Source of the DNA: Octopus sinensis
Lineage: Eukaryota
Direction of reading: 5' to 3'
Assembly: GCF_006345805.1 (NCBI RefSeq)
Contig: NW_021835971.1
Span: 2,944-66,943, forward strand
Length of the DNA: 64,000 nucleotides
This document shows, piece by piece, positions 24,900 to 38,050 of this stretch. Numbering within the stretch: the stretch's first letter is position 1; every line of letters starts with the position of its first letter. The notes under the pieces are model-generated. The model worked only from the letters and a program-made list of their open reading frames with translations. It made no database searches and was not told the DNA's origin. A program made the position numbers and the translations under genes.

Positions 24900-25758
24900 A
24901 TTAAGTATGATATCTTCAACAGTGTAATGATTTCATTGTCATCAATGACTTTTTCTGTTTGAAGCATATCTTTTTCAATCATAATTTGGTGTATCCCATT
25001 ATTTTGTGTCAGCATAAGACTAATCAAAACCTTGAATAATTCCAACTTTTTTGACACAATTACTGATAGTTTCTTGTTTGAAATTTTCTTAGGCTTCGTT
25101 AAATAACAATATTTCATCTCTAAGATTGACAAAAAAGACCAATGATTGATCAAGCGAGTTCATATAATCAACCACTAATTTTTTTCTGTAATGATGCTTT
25201 AGATTTTTTATTATTCCTGCATCCATTGATTGAAGATAAGCAGTTGAGTTCTTTGGAAGCTTTATAACTTCAATGTTTGGAAAATTGTTCTTCAAAATGT
25301 GACCTGGCGCCTTATAAAGAAGTAAATAAAATTTTTTGTTATATCGCATTCAAATAAATAACTGGTCATCCAAGTTTTCGGATTTTCATAATAATGACGA
25401 TATTTTACAACATTAAATCCTTTGAAACACTTTGATTTCTTGCTGTGCCCAATAACAAAAGTTGTCATTTTAATTGATCCAGTTCATTAAAACATAAAGC
25501 AACAGTTATTCGAACTTTAGATTGTTTTACGGCTTTTCTTTACTTAATAAAATCGTTATTGTAGGAAATGCTTGAAAAAAGGTCCTGTTTCATTCATATT
25601 TAGTATAACCTCTGGGTCAATTAATCCGAAATTCTATTAATTCTAGCGTTCGGATTGCGGATTATTGAATTTTCGGAGCATTGAATCAAATTTGGCAGGA
25701 AAAAGCTAGAAAATTTATAATTTCAATTAAAAAAATTCGGATTAACAAGGATTGACTG
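24900..25758 (-). mobile_element. pogo/Tigger-like DDE transposon relic
   Basis: LPKNSTAYLQSMDAGIIKNLKHHYRKKLV; TA|CAGTCAATCCTTGTTAATCCG terminus at about 25735-25758. Confidence 0.75.
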
Positions 25759-25889
25759 TATGTTGTTTCTGAATAATTAAATAATTCAATCATCTTAGCA
25801 ACGTATCTTTGGCCCGGGATATGTCAGATTACAAAAAAATGCTTGACGGAATACAAGAACGTAAAATAATTGATAGAATTAGATTAACA

Positions 25890-26415
25890 AATACTTTTTG
25901 TTCTGAAACTAATGTTTTGTGATGATGAGACATTAGTTTAGTCAAATCAATCATGTTCATGTTAGGATGCTCACTATGAAATCGGTTATACTCTTCTTTA
26001 ATGAATAAATTGTAAGCATTTAAAGCAGGCCCCTCATTCTATTTATGCTATATAGGATAATTTACAATTCTTTTGACTACTTTCTTCAAGTTTGAATTGA
26101 CTTCTGTCAAAAGACTATCTAAGGTCCGGAATTTTCTTGTCTAAAATAATAATAGGCAGTTATTAACTCTAGAAATCAGGAGTTCGACTTTTTGTCTACA
26201 TTCATCCGCAGAGTGGCCATCAAAAACAATTTCGTCCTAGTTTATTCGTTTAAGAGACTTTGTATAGGAAAGAGGACATTTTTTAGGTAATTTAGATTTA
26301 ACCCGATCAATTAGTACAGAATAGGTATTTTGGTTCCATTCTAAATAAAAAATAGTGATTAAATACAACCTGAATCATTTTCTTGTGCTTCTTGATTGCA
26401 CCGATTGTAAAGCAT
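25890..26415 (-). pseudogene. UBTF: UBF1/UBTF-like (Pol I upstream binding factor) 5' gene fragment with a nonsense codon
   Basis: Four exons joined by three GT-AG introns of 27-29 nt read EWNQNTYSVLIDRVKSKLP...RIN*DEIVFDGHSADECRQK...RKFRTLDSLL...NAYNLFIKEEYNRFHSEHPNMNMIDLTKLMS. This matches the UBF dimerisation domain (WEKVAF, RKFRTL) plus HMG box 1. TAG at 26237-26239 replaces the conserved Trp, and the 3' part is missing. It is not in the ORF track. Confidence 0.72.
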
Positions 26416-26549
26416 TGTAGCTTCGATGTTAATTAGATTTATTAAATTAGTAGGTTAACCAAAAGTCATATCAAAAAATAATTGTTAGTTTATTATTGTA
26501 GAAAATGTGTTTTAATTTGAGAGAAAACAAATTAAGTTAGGAATGTACA

Positions 26550-26800
26550 GAGGGGAAATTCTGGGGGGCTAAAGCACGCACCCTCCTGCGGAAAGTACCG
26601 CATGCGTGTTGCCACGGAGAATGGCAATGGACATCCCCTGCAATAGCCACGAAACCTCGCGTGGCTCTTTCGTCCTGTGGGCCAATTTCCTCCCGATGTC
26701 GCTGATGAAGGCCAAAGTTAGAGGCCCTGCAACGCCCGATGTCTCCAAAGCGATTGGTACGAATATAAAACGGCGTCCAAGTACTGTGTCAACTGTGGTA
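26550..26800 (-). mobile_element. CRE-like 3' remnant (same subfamily as 19300-19560)
   Basis: FIFVPIALETSGVAGPLTLAFISDIGRKLAHRTKEPREVSWLLQG. Confidence 0.8.
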
Positions 26801-26825
26801 AGCTGTTTTGATTTATCAATGAAAA

Positions 26826-27665
26826 ATCAATATTTATCAATTTTATTGCCACCTTTGTGTCTTAATAGGCACTATTTGGAGAGGGAGTCAGGTTGTTGGC
26901 TCAGAGGGCGTGGCCAGAGATCACTGGGAATGAGGGAAGGTCCCTGATTGAGCAGAACATGAAGGAGACGGTGGTTGTTTTTATATTTTGCAGGTTATTT
27001 ATTATTTGGAGGAATGTCAGGCGGAGAATCACGCTGTGAGAGAATCAGCATGTTTGGCTGTGAACGAGTTGGTCTTGAAGGTCACAAAATGTGATAAAAA
27101 TTGATAGATTGACCACCAAGTCATGGAACCTCATGTTAATTCATTTTTTGACATGCTTTTGACTTTATTTGGAGACGACAGTTGGTCTGTTCGACATGGT
27201 TAGTAATATATATTTATTATTCAGCTGCCTATTTCTCCAGCAGTAGATTTATACTGAACTATCCATCTGAGGGAAGGTTATTATGCCTGATTATTCATTC
27301 TAGAACATTCATTGAACATCTGTGGCCACTTTATCTGGTAAATCTCCGAGATTCCATATCCTACGTCCGTTCAGGGGCTGCAGTGGCCATTGCTAATGTG
27401 TGTGTGGCCTACAGAGTGTATGACAACGACGTGGAACTGCACAGTAATTAGCAAATGTACTCATGTGGGTCACTGGCTCCAAAGTTCTCCAGAAACACTT
27501 GTGGATGTTCATGTCTTTCAATATTATACAAGAAGGCAGAATAGTGGGAGGAGGCTGAAGGGTTGGAAGGTCAGTTTGATGGCATAGATGTGCCAATGTG
27601 CCCAAACCAATGTGCCCACCAATGTGGTGGTGAGGGGTGGGCACCCGGAATTGTACAACCATAAT
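26826..27665 (+). pseudogene. Fragment of a conserved uncharacterised HEAT/ARM-repeat protein gene
   Basis: Spliced over 23-27-nt introns it reads LLPPLCLNRHYL/EGVRLLAQRAW...ENHAVRESACLAV...DDSWSVRHAA...NLRDSISYVRSGAAVAIANV...DNDVELHSN*QMYSCGSLAPK. It has a 1-nt frameshift near 26880 and TAGs at 27449-27451 and 27542-27544. Confidence 0.65.
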
Positions 27666-28144
27666 TAAATCACGGCGTCCTCTTTGAGAATAAAACTGCT
27701 CGCCGGGGGGTTGACGGTGTCTGAACAGAAGTATTTGCTCAAAGTTATGCGTCCAAACAAACGATATGAGGTAGAAGATTAAAACAGTTTAGATTTCTTT
27801 TTTGGATTATATTGTGTAAATTCCACTATTCATGTCAATTCATGAATGGATAAATAAAAACCCGCTTGATTTTGACGTGTGGTTCTATTCTGATGAGACA
27901 GGTCGGCCATTTTCGGGAAGGACTCAGAGAGATTGCAATTCTCTTGATTTTTCATTAAGTCGAAATACACGATTTTATAAAGAGAATAACAAAATTATTT
28001 TTTAGTGTGTGAAGAATGTAAACGTGGGAAAGTCCCTTTTTTAAATATCTAATTTATTAATAAAACTAATAAAATTTAATGCACGTTATTAAATAAATTC
28101 ACATTTTATTGACAGGGGTGGAATATTTATGTCTGGTCCATAGT

Positions 28145-29528
28145 ATGTCTGAGTTGGTTACTAATTATTTGATAGCGTACAACCTCTTCATTTGTACAGA
28201 GCACTTCTGTATAACACTACCAGAAAAGTTTCCGACACATACTTTGACTTTGATCGAAGTACTCTATTTAAAAACCGTAAAACTCGACGGATACTTTTTT
28301 AATCCAGATACAAATTGCTACTATAAGAATGAGACTAAATCTGAAGATGTGAACCCATGGAAGGTCCTAAATTTTAAAGTCAAAAAACTCTCATCTGTTG
28401 TTCAAAAACACTATCCTCCGGTAGTTTTGTATAATAATAGATTAAAAAATTTGAAAATGATATTATCCAATCCGAATACGAAATGTCTTCGGAAAATATC
28501 TTTATCAATTCAGCTAGAGCATTCAAAAACAAAAAGCCGCAGCATGTTTGTCCCCCTAAAATTACAAAAGAAAATAGATCGAGAGTGGAGGGTGGGCCCT
28601 ACATTGCTCTCTCCCGACGGAGACATCCTGCTCCACTACGTCTCTGGTCACGCCCATTTTTACACTGTTGACCGTGATTTCAACGTGAATCCGTTCCCTC
28701 CTATCGATTTTGCTTATTACGGAAACTATATCTGTGATGTTTGTTTTATTGCGGGCTCCCCCCTGTTGCCTCCCCGTCAGTCTTTGGAGGATCTTGTCAT
28801 TGTGGTCATTTTACTCACAGTGGAGTGGATCGTCGTTGTTCTGGACAAGTCCTGTCTTGTCGTTTCCGATATTCAAATTCACGAAATGATGAACATCGGC
28901 TATTTGTTGGCATGCAATAATAAATTGGAAATAGCCCATTTTGACTACCTTTTACTTCACGATTTTTCTGAAAACTACTTCAAGTCGACAAACGGAGCCA
29001 ACGGAGTCGCTTTTGAGGTTCGAGCCAATCCTTAAAAACAAGGGAGAACATATTTTTTACTCAGTCAGTTCACGTGACTCGACGGTTCAAATATTTGACT
29101 TGAGATGTAATGGGAACAAGAAATGCGTCCATTTTATTTTTAAGGGATTTTTCGGTTCTCGTTATCAGCAATATCAGTTGGACTGGAAGGACGAGTCCTC
29201 GAGTGCTGTGTGGATCTCCTTCTCAGTTGTTTTCTTATGATTTGCGTTTCCCTTCTCGTATTTTGTCGACGTTCCGAGGCCATTCTAGTTCGAAGTTTAA
29301 GGGGAGTATTTTTGAATATTAAGAGAGCTGTAATTTGGTCACTTCTCGTAGTATTGTGGTGATATTTTGGCAGTTAATGAGTTTGGGTATGCGAGGATAT
29401 GGTCACTCGAGGGACAAAATGCACAGGTGGTTTCACCCCCTTTACATGTCGACCAATTTACAAATGTTCATCTGAGGAGCGTGATTGGTAGAGTGATGTG
29501 TCGTCCTAGACTTTATTTTATATCTTGA
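28145..29528 (+). pseudogene. DCAF4/WDR21-like WD40 protein gene, apparently disrupted
   Basis: N-terminal LDGYFFNPDTNCYYK (DCAF4-type GFYFDPE...YF motif), SSRDSTVQIFDLR, LFSYDLRF...TFRGH, DILAVNEFGYARIWSL. The frames cannot all be joined with canonical introns, and there is an in-frame TAA at about 29320. The start position is uncertain. Confidence 0.55.
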
Positions 29529-30399
29529 AATGATTTGTTTTTTATACTTTGTAAATTATTGTTTATTTTTTTTATCTCTTTTTATGCTTCATGGATACAT
29601 CGACTGTAAAAAAGCGTATTTAAGGTTATATTTGACAAGGAAAGATCTTTGCAGAAATCTTTCTTAGAGCAATTCAAATAGAAAATGTACAAGATCTTAA
29701 TAATAAAATGGTGTGTATCTTTCTGTGTGTTTACACCAACTTCAAATTAAAAAAATACAAATAGATTGTCAAAATCCTTTCCCCTTATAATTAAGCAAAT
29801 AATGGAGAACAAGTCCAAAATGCTTGGGTCCTCCATGAATTTTCTGCCCAAAAATCTAACATATTAGGTATTCTTTCGGCGTGACGTGCTTTCCTCTTCT
29901 GCGCTTATGTGTGGAATGCTCATCATTCTACGGAAACACCTGAAACGGCAATTGGAGATGAAACCCGTGCTATTCTAAGGGGTTTAGGATTTTTTTAAAC
30001 TAATAAATCTCAATTACGGATCGATAATGTTAAATTTTCATTAATTAAATGTACTTTGATTATGATAATAGCATTAATTTTAATTCATCTTAATAATAAA
30101 ATGGTATGGCGTGTGTCTGTCTGTGCGCACAAACTTCAAATTAGGAAAATACAGATAAATTGTCTAAATTCTTCCTTCTTATAATTCGCCAATAATGGGG
30201 AACAAGTTCAAAATTATGAGGTCCTCCAAAAATTTTTTACTCTAAAAACTAACATATCAAGAATATCTTCAATGATGAGGTCCTTAAAACCTTCCCACTA
30301 AAAAAATTAAAAAGTTTTTCGATTTTAGTTAAAATGAACAATAAGCATGTCCTCCACTCACATGATGAGGTCCTTAAAGCATTTCTTTAAGTAGTTCCG

Positions 30400-31435
30400 A
30401 GTAATAGACAAATCATTCTGGCACTGTCCTCTCAACCAAATTCTTTAAGATATTGAGAAGCTCCTTCTGTGTATAGAGTCCAGAGCTTTCTTTGTATCCA
30501 GAATGCACTGGATGCCACTAGCACCCTTGTACTTTTGATCTATTGCATAAAACCATCCATGTCTCCAGACCACATCAGCTGTAGATCTCCCTGGCCTGAA
30601 TCGTTTTGACCGTGACAGAGGAAGTTCTCAATGTCAATACTATAAGTGATAATAAGTGATTTCAATAGTACGATGGAAAAAATTTGTTTTGGTTTTGTAA
30701 TACAATTAGTGTGCTGTTACCCACGTCTAGTGGTGAGTTTTATTTGAATGTTTTGTTGTATATCCGGGTTAATACCTCCGAGATCTCAGTCTGTCGTATT
30801 TGAGAAATTCTGCATTTATGTTGTCAAGGCCAGTAGGTCTGTAGATGTTTAATTTGTCCAGAGCTTTCCTTGTTTCCAGAATTGTTATCGGAATATTAAG
30901 TTCTCGTGGTTCACCATCGAACTGTTTGATGTTTTTCCCGTGGTTTTGATTGAAGGCTACCTGATAGTGACGGGCCCAGACCACATCAGCAATAGATCTT
31001 CCTGACCTGAAAATACTATATAGCTGCTAGATTATTTTATTTGAATTAATTTCTTATCATTTTATGGGTCTTTTAAGGGTGACATTAAACAAATTTTTTA
31101 AATGGAATTTAAATTGGCATTAAAAAAAATAGCATTTAAAATAGCGCCGATAACATTTATAATGCATTTTTTTCAAAATTAAAAAAATTATATAAATAGC
31201 ACTTCCCATAGAAATCTGAACAGAATAAGTCATATTTCGACACATGCCAAACACGATATAATCTTCTTAACCATAGTTTTCCACCCTCCGCGGTTTTGGG
31301 CCTGCCTGTAGAGTTCTTCCAGGTTCTCACAGTTGTTTAGGGTTTTCCTCACGCAGATTAGATCTTGTTGCAGAACGGCTAGCAGTGTTATTCGGGGTCG
31401 TCCACGAAATTTTGGTCCACTATGACTCTCTTAAG
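30400..31435 (-). mobile_element. RTE-like retrotransposon fragments (RT pieces and 3' end)
   Basis: RFRPGRSTADVVW, FRSGRSIADVVW, PTGLDNINAEFLKY, and GRPRITLLAVLQQDL...QAQNRGGWKTMV. Confidence 0.65.
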
Positions 31436-31459
31436 GTCCATCAATTAAAAAATAATTAT

Positions 31460-32887
31460 TGTCGCGCGCAATGGTGAAAACGCGTGCCTAAAGTGAAACG
31501 CTGTGAACTTGAGAAAACCACAAAAAAACCTCGAAAATAAAATTAACAATCCTTGATGAAAACAGGAATAAAACGAGAAATCAATTTTTATTATTATTGT
31601 TTGAAAGATTAACAATTTATTTAAATAATGGTTAGCCATTTTAAAATTACCAAAAAATTAAATATTTTAACCTGAAAATTTACCTGTCTAAATTTTTTTA
31701 ACTTGTGATTTAAATACTATTTTTTCATTTCCATATCTTTTATTTTAACTCTATTATTTGAAATTAAATCTTCAACAGTAAAGATTGTTGATGATAAAAA
31801 GATTCTAATTTTCGCTTCTTCGTCCTTGATTTGTATCAAAATCTTTTTTCAGCAAAAAACATTATTTCCAATTGCAATTTCTTCAATGTTTTTGAAAAAT
31901 TTCGTTCCATTCTTTCAAGATATTTGTCTAACAAATCCCATTTTTCTGTTTGTCTGTGAGTTCTTTTTGAATCCATCTGCAAATGGTTGATTGCAACGCT
32001 CCACTTGTCCCTGTGATTCTGGATGTCTTGGACGTCCCCTTTTATGAATTATTTAAATTCTTCACATAATGACGTTATTTCTGAATTAACAAATTCTGTT
32101 CCGTTGTCAGACTGCAGAATTTTGGTGGACCATAGGAAAGAAATATAGTTTTCAATGATTCCGAAACTGTAACTGCTTCTTTATTTTCTATTTTTTTAGC
32201 AAAGCAAAATTTTGAATAAATATCTATGACATTCATAAGATATTTATAGGAATCATTTATATCTGCATAAAACGAAAATCGACTAAATCAACTTGATAGC
32301 TAAAAATAAGCTATTGAATGAACCGTTCTCGAGGACTTTGGCTACTATGTTGACTAGTGGATATTTTGTCTTTAAGGGCTGACTTCCCTGACATTTGTGG
32401 CATGATGATATTACATCCCTAATTATGTTTCGATTGATGTACAAAATTTATTTGCAATACTCTTCCATTTTATTAAATCCATAGTGATAAATTGAATGAA
32501 TCCTTTCACAATGCAGTTTCATGGTTTCGAAATCATTTGAGGCAATTACCAATATTTTGTTTCCATCAGATTGTTTATAATATAGCACACCTATCATTAG
32601 ATTTAATGTACCTCCAGAATTTACGAAATTTCTACATTTTTGAGAAAACGAAATCTTTTTAGTCTTGAAAAATCTTCTGGTATTGTATTATTTATTAAAA
32701 ATCAAGAATATTCTTATACTCCTGATCATCCTTTACAATGTTGGCAAATCTCATTTCGATAATTTTATCTCAAAGTGCGCAATCATCTTTAATATTAACT
32801 TGATAATTGTCAAGAGCTTAATTGAAGGTTAACTTCAAGGTCACGGCGTTTCACTTTAGGCACGCGTTTCATTTATGGCGCGTGACA
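31460..32887 (-). mobile_element. Ginger-like integrase transposon D (decayed)
   Basis: Imperfect TIRs TGTCGCGCG...AAACGCGTGCCTAAAGTGAAACG at both ends, 5-bp TSD ATTAT (31455-31459 and 32888-32892). rve remnants VIDIYSKFCFA, GPPKILQSDNGTEF, GRPRHPESQGQVERCNQ. Confidence 0.85.
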
Positions 32888-33339
32888 ATTATTCAAAAGA
32901 TTTAATGTTAAAAAATTGTGAAAAATAATATAACTGAATTCAAACAAAATGACAATATTAAATGGTACTTATTATATTTTTTAAATGTTATAAATTTATC
33001 GATTTAACGCTTATCACGTAATATTCTTTTAATTTGTTGTGGGTTTTTGTTTTTAATTTTTATTTTGCTCTTTCTTGGTATTAATGTCTTATTTTTATGA
33101 TATTTTTGTTTTTTATTTGTTTGAAGATTAATTAAATTGACTACTGGTAAAATATCCTGAATAAAGTTTATTTTGCAAGTGAATTTATATTCATTTTACC
33201 AATTAATTAATCTCTATTCATATGATTTTTTATAGTAAATTTATTTCTTTCTAATATTTTTTGTTTATTTGGATTTTTTTTCAGTCTTTTATTGTTTATT
33301 TTTACAATCAATAACTATTAACGGAACAATAATTAAGAA

Positions 33340-33900
33340 ATCAACTAACTAACGCTTCCTTGGTGTTGAAGGCATAGCGGAACAGTAGAAGGAACACTTA
33401 GGCCATCTCCACTCAAACTCAGCAAAGTATGAAGTGAAAAGTTCGCGGGATGTCCCATTCATTCTCTAACTTTTTTTGGCGTATGACAACAAAGACTCAA
33501 TTCTTTGAGTATGTGAAAAACGATTGTTTGGATCCACGAAATTCCGGCTGTGATTAACTCGTAAGGGCTCAGAGTAACCAGACGATTCAAGTCCATTGTA
33601 CGCAGACAATTTGTCGGTGCATACAATTGATCCTGGACGAACATAACTCTGAATATAATTAGAGTTTATCGAGTTCGGTTGGGTACTTTGCACAAAATAA
33701 TGTTTATTGGATTTCCCGTTTCTTTTCCCCGACCACCAAATGACCCTCGTGCCACGTTCGCCGTGCATATTTTCGATGATACTTTGTTTTATCTACTTAA
33801 CATAGATTGGCAACAAAGTATCAGGGTCAATTTCTCCAAGAGAAGCAGGATGGTCATACACTCATTTATAACATTCATGCTCCAATCCAAGGAGATGAAA
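33340..33900 (-). mobile_element. Merlin/IS1595-like transposase fragment
   Basis: YVRPGSIVCTDKLSAYNGL...VNHSRNFVDP...HTQRIESL is the IS1595/Merlin DDE signature. Confidence 0.8.
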
Positions 33901-34179
33901 AAATGACTAAAATAGAACAATGTTCATTAAACACTTTTTAATAAAATGCACTAATAATGGAGTGACCATCCACTGTGGGATCCGATTGTTGGAAAAGGAT
34001 CCACACACAACAAAAAAGAAAAAACTAGTAAAGATATTCTGGTCCTATCTACGATTAGTTAAAAAATCATTCTTTTGTAAGTTACGTTCTAATTAACAAG
34101 GATATATTTAATTAGACGTGTAATTACTGATAAGAATAAATCAAGAAAGAAATAACGTAAAAAAAATCTCGTACAAAAG

Positions 34180-35222
34180 TGAAGCTTAAATCATCTTAAT
34201 CCGAACTTTGCATCCCCCAGCGTATTCGCATTTAATATTCCTTTTTCCTGACAATATTTTTTCAAGAATTGGAATAGCTCCGTTACTCTATTTATATATT
34301 AATTGAAATAATTGGATCTATTTTCGTACGAAAACCTAAATATTTTAAAAGTAGTCTTTATTTACCTCTTGATTTGAAAAGTCAAAATTTTCGGAAGCTT
34401 ATTAATACTTAAAAGCGTTGTACCCTCCACATAATTATTACAGCTATTGAATAAAGTTATCTAAATATAAAAACCTATCACAGAAGTATTAATTACTTCC
34501 ATTAAGATGTTCAGCTTTAAAATATGCAGACATTGACTTTATGAGCGACGAAGCATACTATAAAAAACTTAAATTCTTATGATACTTTTATTGAAACAGA
34601 AAGATCCAAAAAACGGCCAAATTTTTTGGAAGAATGTCCACAACTTGCACAAAAAACTAAGAAATAATATAAAAATAGCAACTTTGACTTTGAAGAATAC
34701 CTTCAAATATTTTGGAAATGATATTTGTCTCCCGAGAATTAGAACTATAATAATTATTATTAACATACATATTATTATATTCAAAATTAATATTGTTATT
34801 CAGTTTTTCCAGAATGAATATTAAACATTCATGCGCGTCTTGTTGTTCATCGTCTTTCATCGTGTTGGAGAGATCTGTAATTAATTAAAACAAAATAAGT
34901 TACTTAATAAACATTACAGAATCATATCTGGGTAAAAGGAACAATTTAACTTTGTTTTGTCGATGTGTAATTTCATCGAGCATTCCAGACACGGTTCATT
35001 TTTTAATTTTTTTTGACCTGCAAAATTTAAATGCAAAATATAAACATAGATTAATGTGTGGACTCGAATCATAATATTGATAAAATGGCGGAGTGAAAAT
35101 TAAAGTCTATACAGTATTCAAATAGCAGTTGTTCTTTCTATTTATTAAGCCGGCTCCATATTGTCTGTTTTCTAGATATTTATCCTTTTTTGCGTTTTTT
35201 TTCTTATTGAATTTTTCATTGA
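34180..35222 (-). pseudogene. USP36/USP42-like ubiquitin protease gene fragment with four in-frame stops
   Basis: Spliced over six short GT-AG introns it reads YGAGLINRKNNCYLNTV*TLIFTPPF...QQDAHECLIFILEKL...SKIFEGILQSQIFCASCGH...FLDLSV...EHLNGSN*YFCDSC...LPKILTFQIKRF. Stops are at 35107-35109, 34914-34916, 34489-34491 and 34299-34301. The His box is not seen. Confidence 0.75.
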
Positions 35223-36029
35223 GTTACTACAATATGTTTTAAATCAAAGAGTATGCTTATTTTTTAAAATGAAAAAGGAACATTATAGTATTCAAAAATA
35301 TAAAGTGTTTTTTTATATTTATCTAATCTTTAGAGTTCAAGTAAAGATTACTAAATGCCAGCTACTTACTTGGATTTGTGTATTTTTTGTAGACTCGTTT
35401 ATATACTCAGAAAAGATCGTATAATTACTCCTTAATTTAGTTCCTATTTTTACTTTTGTATGTATTTAATTACATTAAAACAATTTTTGATTTATGTAAT
35501 CAGATAAATTAAATCAATTATTTGTATGAATGATATAGTAAAGGAACCATTAAAAATAAATTCATACTGTTAGTATCAAATAAACTAATTAAATTACATA
35601 ATTCCAAAGTACGTGATTTCAAATTTTCTGCAAAGTACTTTTGTATTTAGGAAAATATGATATTCCAATATCTAGCTTTTTAAGAAAAGTTTTAGTAAAA
35701 TGATAAAAACTTCGTCAACTATGCAACAAGGAAATTGTTAAAAAAATCTAGCTATTAAGTACTGGCTCGCAGGATTGAAAGACAATTCCCGCGTAAAACA
35801 GCCAGCGAGATCCTCTGAATAAGGAATATAAATTCCCTGAGATCTCTGGAGCGATAGGTATACAGACGGCCAAGTTTCTTAAGATGAGTAAGCGTCTTGG
35901 CCCCAAAAACACAGGAAGAATTGTATTCTGAGTTAATCTACAATATATATTTGTTAAATTTTATCATTTTGATTATTATTCCTTATTTATCTAATTATTC
36001 ATACAAAAATTATAGTATAGTTTATTATA

Positions 36030-38019
36030 TCTTTCGGAGGCTCTCTGCCAAACTTTCGGAGGCTGACTTTGGGAATATCTTTCGGAGGCTCTCTGCCAAA
36101 CTTCTGTGCCACGCAATTGTCCCCTTTTTGTCTCAAGTGTTTCTCCCCGCCCAACTCGGGGTCGGTGTCCCAAACGGCTGCGAAGCGGCCGTTCATTCTC
36201 TCCGTGAACTCATCGAATCTTCCCAGTCGGCTATCATGGTCAAACTAGACGTCTCAAACGCTTTCAACTCCATCAGACGTGACCACCTGCTGGAGTGCTG
36301 TCGCGAACTGGTTCCGTTCGCTTATCCCCTTGTACATCTCTCATACGCTTCTCCGAGTATCCTCATGTTCGACGATGTTCCCATCTCTTCGGCCACCGGG
36401 GTCCAACAGGGAGATCCCCTGGGTCCTGTCCTTTTTGCCTTGGGCGTTAACAGTATCGCTCACTCTGTTCGATCCCCAGTTAACATATGGTATCTGGATG
36501 ACGCAACCATTTGCGGTCCCCCCGACGCTGTTTTCGACGACCTTCGTTCTATCCTCCCTTCCCTCTCGGACATCGGCCTATCTATAAACGCCAATAAATC
36601 CGAAATCGTGAACATTGCCTTAAATCCGAGTGACTTCACTGCTTCAATTTCCACGTGCCGAGGCATTCTCTCAGACGTCCGGATTACGGACAAATCAAAT
36701 CTTACGATTCTCGGTGCCCCCATGGGGCCTTCTGCCCTCGAATGCTCACTCGCTGGAAAAATCTCCCACTTATCCAAAATGATCGACAAGCTTAAAGTCA
36801 TCGAGCCTCATGTGGCTTTTTTCCTCCTCCGAAACCACTTCTCCGTCCCTAAGATCCTTTACACCCTAAGATGTGCACCCTGCTTTCAAAGAGGCGACCT
36901 TCTTTCCGACCTTGACAATATCCTCAGGCTCGGTACGAGCTCTCTTTGCAATCTGGCTTTCGACGATCCAGGCTGGACTCAGGCATCCCTGCCTGTGCGC
37001 TGGGGTGGCCTTGGCTTGAGATCCTATTCCGATCTTGCCCTCCCGGCATTCCTATCCGCTCATCACGCTTCTCGTACTCTCTCAGTCATCGTTCTTAGAA
37101 CCTCCCCGAACGGAAATTGTCTGAAGTTTACTCTGCAGCCCGTGGTCGGTGGGAGGCTCGGTTTGGTTCGAAGCTGCCCAACTCTCAATCTGTACAGCGC
37201 CAATGGGACGAAATCTCTTGTCAGGCAATCTTCGAAGGCCTGCTTCCTGTCTCCAATCAACACCGTGTCGCTTGCCTCCGTGCAGGTCGCTGTGAAAGCA
37301 GCGGTGTCTGGTTAAAGGCTCTCCCTCTCCCTTCCATCGGGAACCTGTTGGACAAGGAATGCCTAAGAATTGCAATCTCCCTCCGTGTCGGGCTGAAAAT
37401 CTGCCAGTCGCACAAATGCCGTTTTGGGGGAACTGTTGACGAGTACGGTTTGCATCCCCTCGCTTGCCGGCGGAGTGCCGGTCGTGCCCCCCGTCACAGT
37501 GAACTCAACTCAGTCGTACAGAGAGCCCTCGCCTCAGCAGGCATCCGTCTATCCTTGAACCTGTTGGATTGGATAGAGGGGATGGCAAACGCCCTGACGG
37601 CATGTCCACCTTCCCCTACGAGCAGGGGAAATCCCTTATTTGGGATTCTACTGCTCGGACACGTTCTCGCTGGGAAATCTCGCGCTGTCCGCCGCCAATC
37701 CTGGGCACGCTCCAGGCAGGCCGAGGAGCGAAAGATTCTCAAGTACGGCCACCTGTCCAACTCGCTGCTCTTTACTCCAATTGCCTTGGAGTCCTCCGGG
37801 ATCTTCGGTCCCAAGACACTCCGCTTCCTTCGCTCGCTCGGTCGACGGATTTCAAGGACTAGTCACGATCCAAGAGAGTTTTCTTGGCTCCTGGAACGTC
37901 TGTCGATTGCTGTGATCCGAGGGAACGTCTTCGCCATTCGCGCGGCTGGTCGGGTGTCTCGTGAGGCCTTTAACTAACTTAGCTATCTGTAATTTTTGTC
38001 TAGTTTGTATAAGTTTCAT

Positions 38020-38044
<25 letters not shown>
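36030..38044 (+). mobile_element. 5'-truncated CRE-like non-LTR retrotransposon with poly(A) tail and TSD
   Basis: RT (KLDVSNAFNS, GVQQGDPLGP, WYLDD), CCHC (HPLACRRSAG...RHSELN) and RLE (KRPDG, IALESSG, ERLSIAVIRGN) motifs, with several frameshifts. A21 at 38024-38044. TSD GTTTATTATA at 36020-36029 and 38045-38054. Confidence 0.92.

Positions 38045-38050
<6 letters not shown>

Noticed and set aside
27885-27970. CTGATGAG...CGAAA as a hammerhead ribozyme
   Set aside because: I could not build stems I-III around the core by eye. An Infernal scan would be needed.
29700-30270. Diverged ~170-bp direct repeats (about 29710-29880 and 30105-30270) as LTRs
   Set aside because: There are no TG...CA ends, PBS/PPT or TSD, and no internal gag/pol.
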